This document shows positions 21,363 to 30,113 of a stretch of DNA of 47,429 nt, one piece after another. The notes below the pieces were generated by a model, which was given only the letters and a program-made list of their open reading frames with translations, was not told where the DNA came from and ran no database searches. The translations under genes and the position numbers were made by a program. The DNA comes from Oculatellaceae cyanobacterium bins.114 (GTDB taxonomy: Bacteria > Cyanobacteriota > Cyanobacteriia > Elainellales > Elainellaceae): assembly GCA_033764315.1 (NCBI GenBank), contig JANRJA010000096.1, positions 1 to 47,429 on the forward strand, read 5' to 3'. How positions within the stretch are numbered: the stretch's first letter is position 1; each line of letters begins with the position of its first letter.

Positions 21363-23057
21363 TTAAGTTGAGTGTTCGCCTGTTTTCGCTCGTGCAGAAT
21401 CCTGTGCACGGCTTCTATCAGAGGGATTAAAATAAGTTAAAGTCACTTGGTTGCGTGGATCATCACCAATAGTAAGTTTATCCTCATCATGAAGCAAATA
21501 CCCCTCATTCTTAGAAATCTCTATTCCATCTATACGAGTTTTATTTGTGCTTCCTTTCAAACGGTCTCCATCATAAATACGGTAATTCTCACCATCTTTA
21601 TATAGTGTTGCGTGACATTTGGAAATAACTTCCCATCCTGCATCAGGAACACATAAATCTGCCCAATTTGGATCCCGTCCAAGCTTATGTTGGTTATTTT
21701 GAAGGTAGAACCGTTTAATTTGTCCCTGGTGGTTTCTTACCTCTAAAAAGGGCTGAAAACTTACTACAGTTTCTGGGCGAAAAAGTTTAGTTACTGCCCG
21801 AGGTATGTTTGTCCAAGCATCTGCTCTTGAACTAAATTCCTCCGCTTGAGTTAGTGTGGTTGACGTACTTGATGCTGACTCTACTTGCACAAGAGGGGCA
21901 TACCTTCGTCTACCTAGTAGATAAGCTATGAGCAGTAGAATGACAATTGAAATTCCAGCTATAAACCAAAGTGTGTAGCTTCTTTTATCCCATGCTTCAG
22001 CAATTTTTTGTTCACTAGCTCTAATTAGCTTAGAAACTTCTGAGTGTTGTGGAAATAACCCCTGAACTGCCAAAAATTTTGCCTTCGCCCCTTCCCAATC
22101 CCCTCTCCAGTAAAGTTTCAATCCTTCTTGGTACAAGGCTGTGGTCGTGCTTACCTCGTTACTAGCTCCCGACTGCCTGATATATTCCTGTATAGTGCTG
22201 GTGGGTATAGCAAAAGGAAAGCTAGTTTCTTCATCTACTGCACCTCCACCGAAGGTTATCATACCAACCACTTCACCATTTTGATTTAATACAGGACTCC
22301 CAGAACTTCCAGGCGCTACAGTTGTGCTAATTTGCAATACAGGGGCGTTATCCTGCAGGGTTTTACTTGTATTTGAAACTTGACCTTGCAAAACAGATGC
22401 TTCAAAAATTGATTTGTCACTTAATGCAGAGATCACATCTGCCGTATTCGGATATCCAATCACAATGATTGAATCTTGAAGCTGAACCTGTCTAGACTCA
22501 CCTAATTTAAGTACAGGCGCATTTGTAACTTCAATCTTTAACACTGCTACATCTTTACCACCACCACCAACAGGTGTTCCAGATTGCTTGACATCAAATC
22601 GGAAAGTCTCTCCATTGGGTAAAATTACGACGTCTGCATAATTAAATTCTTCCAGTTCTGCCCGTTGTTTGATATTCTATATTCGTGATTCAGATAACTT
22701 ACTCAAATCTCGCTCGCCAGTTAACTTTTGAACAAGATTCTCAAACAGTCTTTGTTTACAAGCGTCCTCACCGCCTTTAGCTGGTTCTACAACATGGGCA
22801 TTCGTAACGATATAACCGTTTGGATCAACAAAATAACCTGTACCAGCTGAGGCATGGGAAAATGGATACTCAGTCACGTATGAGCTATTCTCTGGTTGAT
22901 AATAGTAGGTGCCATAACAACCAGCCAAAATACGAACGACAGCAGGTTTAGAATACATCGACAACTGCTGCTCAGGTTTAGGTTCCGTCTTTTGAAAAAA
23001 TGGAAACTGAATAAGAACCAGAGCTTGAGTAAGGTATAAAGCAAGACGCTGAAGCAT
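21363..23057 (-). pseudogene. Trypsin-like serine protease-TM-FHA protein interrupted by one in-frame TAG (22677-22679)
   Basis: ORFs 22677..23105 and 21363..22544 are in the same frame, and the gap reads *NIKQRAELEEFNYADVVILPNGETFRFDVKQSGTPVGGGGKDVAV. Catalytic triad TNAHVV / KDVAVL / GSSGSP. TM helix, then FHA motifs LGR..ISKCHA..STNKT. Likely ATG at 23057. Confidence 0.87.
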
Positions 23058-23416
23058 GGATGGGGCTCTCCAGACAACGATATAGATGACACAAAATTTA
23101 CACAACTATCTCGAACAGTTGATAAAGTCTAGTCCAGCTATCTGTAAAAACAACTTGAATCAGTAATAAATACTAAAATTTGATCACTTTATTCTGTACT
23201 TGCCCTACAAATGATTAAATTTTACGTTTGCTTACCATAGAACTAAGCAGGGCAGCATTAGTTTATAGGCATGTCAACCAGTACTAAGAGCTAATTTATA
23301 AAGTAAATCCTTAAATAAATCGCCTCTAAATATAAGCATTATTTTAATATGGTGTCTAGAATATTTATTTAATAAATTTAAATATAAGCAACATAATATT
23401 GTTTCTGGACTGGCAA

Positions 23417-23459
23417 ATGTATCAAAAAATACATCTACTTGATATCCTAATTATACAAT
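23417..23459 (+). promoter_or_regulatory. NtcA-type activated promoter upstream of the TIR gene
   Basis: ATGTATCAAAAAATACAT (23417-34) contains GTA-N8-TAC with 6-bp palindromic arms. A TACAAT -10 box (23454-59) follows 21 nt after TAC. Confidence 0.6.
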
Positions 23460-23549
23460 TCCTCAATATTATGATTATGAGGATAAGTCCTTCCATAACA
23501 TTGGCTTTAAGCTATTAGTCAATTCTTGCACAATGTATAAAGGACAGTT

Positions 23550-24566
23550 ATGAGTGTTTCTTCCAACTCTCAGCCAATGAGGACTACTGAGGTATTCTTT
23601 TCTTATTCTCATAAGGATGAGGGCCTACGAGATGAACTTGCAACGCATCTCAGCATCCTCCGGCGACAAGGTGTGATTAGTGCTTGGTACGACCGCCAAA
23701 TAACACCCGGAACAGAGTGGGCTGGAGAAATAAACACACATCTAAATTCATCTGAGATTATTCTTTTATTAATTAGCCCAGACTTTCTTGCATCGGATTA
23801 TTGTTTTGATATTGAGTTAAGAAGAGCGATGGAAAGGCATGAAAGGGGTGAAGCCCGGGTTATTCCAATTATTCTTCGCCCAGTAGACTGGCAAGGCGCT
23901 TCTTTTGGAAAGTTGCAAGCTTTGCCTAAAAATGCAAAGGCTATTACTCTTTGGGACAATCGAGACGAAGCTTTTAGAAATGTTTGCGAGGGAATTCGCA
24001 TTGCCATCAAAGATTTTCGTCGATTCTCTGGTTTCAAATATTATTCTGAAGTTGCATTCTCGCCTCAAGATGTTTATGGAAAAACATTAAACGATGGGAG
24101 CTCTTCATTCTCCCATAACGTGGAAAAGAGGAAAAAGTCTAATTTAAAATCAAGTATCAGATCGAGTAATTCAACAAGAAACGTAAGTTTTTCTACTACT
24201 ATCTCTTTCATCAAGAAAAATCTGATCATTCTTTTAATGATCCTTTTGATATGGCTTCTTATCGGATTTCTAAGTCAACAGGATATTAGTATTGCTGACA
24301 AACCTATTGCCATGCTCTCTTTCGGTTTACTGGGCGGTCTTGGTAGTGGTTTTCTTGGAGCTTTAGCATGGAAACAATATTTCCATGCTTCTAGAGATAT
24401 GTTAGTTCCACAAACACTTATTGGTGGGTTTGCTGGTAGTTTGCTTTGGTGTTTGTTAGGACTCTCACTTCAGGATTCTGTGCTGAGAAGTTCAGGACAT
24501 ATAGTTGGGCTATTTTCAGGATTTTTAATAATAACTTTTTTGCTATTAAGTGTATTGAACAAATAG
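23550..24566 (+). CDS. TIR-domain protein with about four C-terminal TM helices
   Basis: VFFSYSHKD, WYDRQITPG and LLISPDFLASDYCFDIEL (conserved Glu retained), followed by hydrophobic Gly-rich helices. Confidence 0.9.
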   Translation: MSVSSNSQPMRTTEVFFSYSHKDEGLRDELATHLSILRRQGVISAWYDRQITPGTEWAGEINTHLNSSEIILLLISPDFLASDYCFDIELRRAMERHERGEARVIPIILRPVDWQGASFGKLQALPKNAKAITLWDNRDEAFRNVCEGIRIAIKDFRRFSGFKYYSEVAFSPQDVYGKTLNDGSSSFSHNVEKRKKSNLKSSIRSSNSTRNVSFSTTISFIKKNLIILLMILLIWLLIGFLSQQDISIADKPIAMLSFGLLGGLGSGFLGALAWKQYFHASRDMLVPQTLIGGFAGSLLWCLLGLSLQDSVLRSSGHIVGLFSGFLIITFLLLSVLNK

Positions 24567-24770
24567 GTTCAATTCAAAAATGTTGTTAAGCCTAACATAA
24601 ATAGTTTAAAAGAAGGTTTTAAAGACCGAAATAACATAACTTTTATAGATATAGATGGAGCTTTCTTGTAACTAATAATTCTATTTAGTCAATGATTATT
24701 ATTGACATCTCTTCTTTTTCTAGTTTTACACACTTCTACGTTAATTTTATTTTAATACTAATTTCATGTA

Positions 24771-25854
24771 AGTAGCTAGGACTAATTAAATATAAGATGA
24801 TATAGACCCTGTAAACGGAATGTTTCATCTATTTATGCCTGCTCCCATTCGGATTATTTTGAGCGAACTGCGGGTTGCCCAAACCGTATCACAACGAACA
24901 CGTGACCGTGCCCATATGATTCGCTTAAATGCCCGAGGGTGGAACGTGCCTGCGATTGCTGAGATTTATCAGTGTCATGAGCATACCGTGAGAGCGACGT
25001 TGCGACGCTGGCAAGCAGGAGGATTAAGCGGGTTATGGGAAGCACCAGGGCGAGGAGCAAAAGCCAGTTGGAGTGAAGCCGACAAGCAACTAGTGGAAAC
25101 CTGGATTGAGAGCGCCCCTCAAACCTACAACAGCACGCAACTTGCTCGTAAACTGCAACAACAACGGCAAATTAAGCTCTCACCCGATTGGATTCGACGA
25201 GTGATGAAAAAAAGGGCTTCCGCTGGAAACGCACCCGTCACAGTCAGCGAAACAAACAGGACGTGTTCAACAAGCAATCTAAGCAAGCAGACCTAGAACT
25301 ATTGCAGCAAGCCGCACAAGACCAACCTATTGAGCTGAAGTATTTAGATGAATCAGGCTTTTGCCTGTGGAGTCCAGTCAGCTACAGCCGCATCGGAACA
25401 CAGAAATGTATCAAGCAGACCCAGTTAGCATTTTGGGGCTTTGGCAACCCGATGAACACTTCGAGTATGCACTGGTGCAAGGAGGCTTTAAGAGTGCAAG
25501 TTACATTAGCGTGATGGATTGGGTCGCTGCAACAGCCGCCCAAACACTCAAACAAACAGGACGGCTCACGGTTATTGTTCAAGACAATGGATCGATTCAC
25601 ACCAGTAAACTCGTCCAGCAACAGTGGGGACGGTGGCAAGAGCAAGGATTATTCATTTTCTTTTTGCCTGCCTATTGCTCGCAGATGAACCCCATCGAAG
25701 GACAGTGGCATCAACTCAAAGCTCATGAAATCTCAGGACGAATGTTCGACAATGAATATGATTTAGCCCTTGCTGTAATGGACGGTATAGAATCCCGAAG
25801 TGAACAAGGTGGGTATACGCTGGAACGTTTTAAGTTTAAATCCTCCTAGCTACT
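24771..25854 (+). mobile_element. IS630-family insertion sequence (decayed)
   Basis: Terminal IRs AGTAGCTAGGA (24771-81) / TCCTAGCTACT (25844-54), with further imperfect matches inward. Flanking TA at 24769-70 and 25855-56. Encloses transposase frames. Confidence 0.92.
24835..25849 (+). pseudogene. IS630 transposase (HTH plus DDE) split over three frames
   Basis: HTH frame MPAPIR..; an A7G slippery run at 25207-14 leads in -1 to KKGFRWKR..YLDESG; a second frameshift near 25425 leads to SILGLWQ..VQDNGSIH..NPIE. Confidence 0.85.
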
Positions 25855-26191
25855 TAGTTGTAGTTCTCCTAAATGCTCCAGGAATCACGTATAACTCCCC
25901 ATCAAATGAACTGTTGTAGTCTTTGTCAGGAATCTGATGTTGCTATCTTAAACAAACACTTTTGTTGTTCTCATCAGAAAACTTATGGGAAAAAATTACA
26001 GAATTGAGTGGAGATTTAGATTCCTGGTTGCTCGTTTAGCATCCTCAAAGTAATCTGATTTGCGTCACAGCAACCGGGGATCTAGGGAAAGTCGCACACG
26101 CAGTTAATACATAAATGTTTTCTGCAAATACATTAGTAAAATCAACTTCTGCTTATTCAAAACAAGCTAAAACATGAGGATTTGCTGTAAA

Positions 26192-27889
26192 TTAGCCCAC
26201 AAAATCAACTGGCTGATAAAAAGTATTTGAAAAAGCAAAACTAGAACGAAGAAGCTGGTTGGCCCGAACCCCTATTAATAGAGCCAACGGCTCACCACCT
26301 AACTGAACGGTGGTATTGCGTCCTGATTGAACTAGCCTTAACCCTCTAAAACTCGTGCTTTTGGGTAAGCCCAAATAATCTTGACCGATCTGGAAATCAG
26401 TAATAACGTCTAACCCTTCTCTACGTCTCAATCCAAAAATGTCCTTTCCAGCTCCACCCGTGAGGCGATCGCTTCCTAACCCACCGATCAACACATCATC
26501 CCCAGTTTGACCCACGATAAAATCATTGCCCTGACCCCCCAGTAATCGATCATTGCCGCGATCGCCCACAATACGATCATTATCATTGCCGCCATCGATC
26601 CAATCAATTAAACGAGTGCCAGTCAAGCGATCGCGGTTCTTGCTTCCTCGAATCACCCCAACACCTTCAAACGCGCCGATATCAGTGCCAGATCCGATCG
26701 GGCGAAGCGTTCCTACAATGTCTCGACTGGTTAAACCGTTAATTCCTCTATTCAGGGCAGGGCTATTGGAGCGTAGTGCAAAGTTGCCTATGCTTGGATC
26801 TAAAAATAGTGGGTCAACACCAATCAGATCATTGGCTCCAGTTTGGGTATAGAGCACAGAATTAAACAGCAAATTGTAGTCAAACAAAATGTTGCTTGAG
26901 TTGGAGACTTTGTTCGCTGGTTTTCCTGAGGTGGCACTCATGATGTTGTTTAACACGCGCACATCATTGGCAGTGCCTACGGTAATCTCTCCACCATCGA
27001 TCGCTGGATGTTGTGAGTTTTGATAAGTTGTGTTGTTAACAATATCTACAAAATTACTGCTATAAACATTGATACCCCGACCTCCGTTGTTATACGAAAG
27101 ATTGTTCTCAACCAACGTTCGTCCTTGATAAACCCCAAGCGTAGAGTTGTTTTGAGTATTGCGAGTATCATCAACAATAATGCCATTGCCATCTGTCACC
27201 CTGCCAACCTGAAACCAGGGAATTAAATTTTGATTGTTATACGTGACGTTACCCCGGATGATCATCCTATAGCCACTTGAGCTATCAGAGTTCCAGTTTT
27301 GGTAATTGGAAATCCCACTATTACCGTAGGGAGCATACCAGGCATTGTTGTAAACAAGATTGTTTTCGATAGTGACGTAGTCTGCGTGGTAGGTATAGAT
27401 GCCACCACCACCAAACTTATAGACTTCATTATTGCGAATCACAATGTGATGTGGATAAGTTGGGGTCGCATCATCAGAGGGTCTAATCCCAATGCCATTG
27501 CCTGATGTTAAGGGATTGCCTAGATTATTTTGCTCAGCGATCGCTTGTGGCAAGGTGATGTTGTCGTTGTTTCCCTGCAATTCAAACCCGTCGATAATAA
27601 TATGGGATGCACCCAGAATTGCAAAAGCATGCCAATTGTTGGAAACAAGCTTGGGGTTAGCCCCAGGATAGGCTTGATAAGTGATCCAGGCATCAGCAGT
27701 GCCAGAACGAGTAATGCGGACAATATCGCTGTTTGGGTTACTGGCAGTGTAAGTGCCATTCATCACGTAGACGATATCTCCCGGTTGAGTTAAATTGGCG
27801 GCTGTTTGAATATTGCGGAAGGGAGTTTGAGGTGTTAATCCATTGTTGTTGTCGCTACCTAAACCCGAAATGTAATAAGTCGTTGTCAT
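26192..27889 (-). CDS. Right-handed beta-helix (pectate-lyase-like) protein with C-terminal RTX Ca-binding repeats, copy A
   Basis: YYISGLGSDNN..PFRNIQTAA N-terminus, repeated IxNNxxYNN coils, DIGAFE motif, GGxGxD nonamers, no signal peptide. Confidence 0.85.
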   Translation of the reverse strand: MTTTYYISGLGSDNNNGLTPQTPFRNIQTAANLTQPGDIVYVMNGTYTASNPNSDIVRITRSGTADAWITYQAYPGANPKLVSNNWHAFAILGASHIIIDGFELQGNNDNITLPQAIAEQNNLGNPLTSGNGIGIRPSDDATPTYPHHIVIRNNEVYKFGGGGIYTYHADYVTIENNLVYNNAWYAPYGNSGISNYQNWNSDSSSGYRMIIRGNVTYNNQNLIPWFQVGRVTDGNGIIVDDTRNTQNNSTLGVYQGRTLVENNLSYNNGGRGINVYSSNFVDIVNNTTYQNSQHPAIDGGEITVGTANDVRVLNNIMSATSGKPANKVSNSSNILFDYNLLFNSVLYTQTGANDLIGVDPLFLDPSIGNFALRSNSPALNRGINGLTSRDIVGTLRPIGSGTDIGAFEGVGVIRGSKNRDRLTGTRLIDWIDGGNDNDRIVGDRGNDRLLGGQGNDFIVGQTGDDVLIGGLGSDRLTGGAGKDIFGLRRREGLDVITDFQIGQDYLGLPKSTSFRGLRLVQSGRNTTVQLGGEPLALLIGVRANQLLRSSFAFSNTFYQPVDFVG

Positions 27890-27973
27890 AGTGACTTAAG
27901 ATGCAGCAAAAACAACATAAAATTAGACGAGACAGCCCTGATTTAAGTTTCAGGTCTAGCTCAAATCGGTGCA

Positions 27974-28113
27974 TTATCTCGGTGCATTATCAAAGGCACG
28001 AGCGATCGCATTCCATTCCAATTTACGATGCATGTTTTCGTCAAGTGGCAACGGACGCCCAGCTAACCCATCTCACCAGCGTTCAAGGTTTAATAACCAG
28101 GTGTGGCGATCGC
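27974..28113 (-). pseudogene. Duplicated, decayed 3' end of the GH10 gene
   Basis: Translates as DRHTWLLNLERW*DGLAGRPLPLDENMHRKLEWNAIARAFDNAPR*, versus DRYTWLSEFEPRTDGLPVRPLPLDENMNRKLAWNAIARAFDQAPA in the GH10 gene (about 30150-30283). Confidence 0.9.
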
Positions 28114-28148
28114 GCTCTAGCATTTATAGAAGTAGCTATAGCAAAGGC

Positions 28149-28182
28149 TATACCCAGTAAAGCATTTGCCCTACTGGGTATA
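28149..28182 (-). terminator. Long hairpin after beta-helix/RTX copy B
   Basis: 11-bp perfect arms TATACCCAGTA / TACTGGGTATA. The inner stem extends by G-U pairs only in the minus-strand RNA. Lies about 30 nt past the stop at 28211. Confidence 0.6.
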
Positions 28183-28210
28183 ACTCAATGTTCAAGATAA
28201 CTGTACGAAG

Positions 28211-30022
28211 TTAAGGAATTGGCTGATAGAAAGTGTTTGAGAAAGCAAAACTAGAGCGAAGGAGTTGGTTTGCTCGCACTCCGATCAACAGAGCCAATGA
28301 CTCGTCACCTGACTGAACTAACGTGTTACGTCCTGACTGAACAAACTTTAATCCTCTAAAGCTCCTGCTACTAGGTAAGCCTAAATGATCCTGACCAATC
28401 TTGAAATCAGTAATGACATCTAGCCCTTCCCCTCGTTTTAGTCCAAAAATATCCTTTCCGGCTCCACCGATGAGGCGATCGTTTCCTAACCCACCAATCA
28501 AAATATCATCCCCATTTTGACCCACTAAGAAATCATTGCCCTGACCACCCAGCAATCGGTCATTACCTTGATCGCCCACAATTTGGTCGTTGCTTCTGCT
28601 ACCATCGATCCAATCGGCTAAAAGAGTGCCAGTCAAGCGATCGCGGTTGCGAGTCCCTCGAATAATTTGAATCTTGCCAGACGCATCTGTATTCGGAATG
28701 CTCGAATTCGGTATATCTACATTAGGAGCACCCACATTAGGAATACCTAAGTTAGGAATGCCTACGTCAGGAATACTCCCATTAGGAATAGGAACACCGG
28801 AATTAGGACTGCCTGAATTAGGAATACTTGCATCTGAGTCAATTGAACCTGAAAGAATTCTGCCAATCGTTCCTCGTATTCCTTGATTGAGAGCAGGGCT
28901 TGTAGAAAGCAAGGTAAAGTTACCTGCCAATGGATCTGTAAATTGCGGATTGACGTTAATTAAGTCATTGTTTCCACGAATTGCATGGGTTGTAGCGTTG
29001 AAAATAACGTTATAGTCACCTATTACATTAGTGGAGTTCGAAGACGTAGTAGCAGGTCTTCGATTTGTAACGATAATGTTATTTAGTATCCGAATATCAT
29101 TGGAGAGGTTCACATTAACATCCGCATCAGGTCTGGGGAGACTACGCATGTTGTAATAAACGGTGTTGTAGAAAATGTCTACATGATCTGCTTTGTAAGT
29201 TGAAATACCGCGACCACCGTTATAGTAGACAAGATTATTCTCAACTAGAGTTCGTCCTTGATAAGGATCAAACGGAGAGTCTGTTTGAGTATGCTGAGTG
29301 TCATCAACGATAATGCCATTGCCATCCGACAATCTATTAGCTCGGTAATAGGGAATATAATTAGCATTGTTGTAAACAATGTTATTCCTGATAATCATTT
29401 TATGCCCGGTAAAACTGTCGAAATTCCAACTTTGAAAAAGAGAAATGCCACTGTTACCGTAAGGAGAATAAAAGGCATTATCATGAACAATATTATTCTC
29501 AATCGTCACATAATCTGACTGAAGAACAGTAATTCCACCACCTGGAAATTTGGAGACTTTGTTGTTACGAACAATAACATGATGGGAATAGGTCGGAGAG
29601 TCACTCAAAGAGGGTCCAACTTTAATGCCGTTTCCTGATGTTAAAGGATTGTTTAGGTTGTTTTTTTCAGCTGTAGCTTGAGCAAGGGTAACGCTATCAC
29701 TGTTTCCTTGCAATTCAAATCCATCGATAATAATGTATGACGCACCACGTACTGCAATAGCATTCCAGTTGGCGGAGACAATTTTGGGTTGTGAACCAGG
29801 ATAAGCTTTGTAAGTAATCCAGGCGTTTTCAGTTCCAGAGCGAGTGATCCTAAGAACGTCATCATTTGGATATTGGTTGGTATAGGTACCATCCATGACA
29901 TAAACGGTATCTCCTGGTTGGGTTAAATCGGCAGCTTTTTGAATATTGCGAAAAGCAGTTTGTGGGGTTAACCCATCACCGTTGTCACTCCCAGAGCCTG
30001 AGACATAGTAAGTGAATGCCAT
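28211..30022 (-). CDS. Right-handed beta-helix protein with RTX repeats, copy B
   Basis: Collinear paralogue of copy A (shared NPLTSGNGI, DGNGIIVDD, YQGRTLVENNL and RSSFAFSNTFYQP), with an inserted IPNxG repeat linker. Confidence 0.85.
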   Translation of the reverse strand: MAFTYYVSGSGSDNGDGLTPQTAFRNIQKAADLTQPGDTVYVMDGTYTNQYPNDDVLRITRSGTENAWITYKAYPGSQPKIVSANWNAIAVRGASYIIIDGFELQGNSDSVTLAQATAEKNNLNNPLTSGNGIKVGPSLSDSPTYSHHVIVRNNKVSKFPGGGITVLQSDYVTIENNIVHDNAFYSPYGNSGISLFQSWNFDSFTGHKMIIRNNIVYNNANYIPYYRANRLSDGNGIIVDDTQHTQTDSPFDPYQGRTLVENNLVYYNGGRGISTYKADHVDIFYNTVYYNMRSLPRPDADVNVNLSNDIRILNNIIVTNRRPATTSSNSTNVIGDYNVIFNATTHAIRGNNDLINVNPQFTDPLAGNFTLLSTSPALNQGIRGTIGRILSGSIDSDASIPNSGSPNSGVPIPNGSIPDVGIPNLGIPNVGAPNVDIPNSSIPNTDASGKIQIIRGTRNRDRLTGTLLADWIDGSRSNDQIVGDQGNDRLLGGQGNDFLVGQNGDDILIGGLGNDRLIGGAGKDIFGLKRGEGLDVITDFKIGQDHLGLPSSRSFRGLKFVQSGRNTLVQSGDESLALLIGVRANQLLRSSFAFSNTFYQPIP

Positions 30023-30113
30023 AGCGATTCAAGAAGGGGATAGCGTCTACAGTACAATTATGTGTTTATTATTTTGTCCTTGAGGTAAAGCATCCGAGAG
30101 AATACGACTTGAC

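Noticed and set aside
22677-22679. Pyrrolysine or recoded TAG
   Set aside because: TAG terminates other genes in this window and no recoding machinery is visible.
26054-26069. CRP-like site TCTGA-N6-TCACA
   Set aside because: One mismatch, and it lies between convergent 3' ends with no downstream gene.
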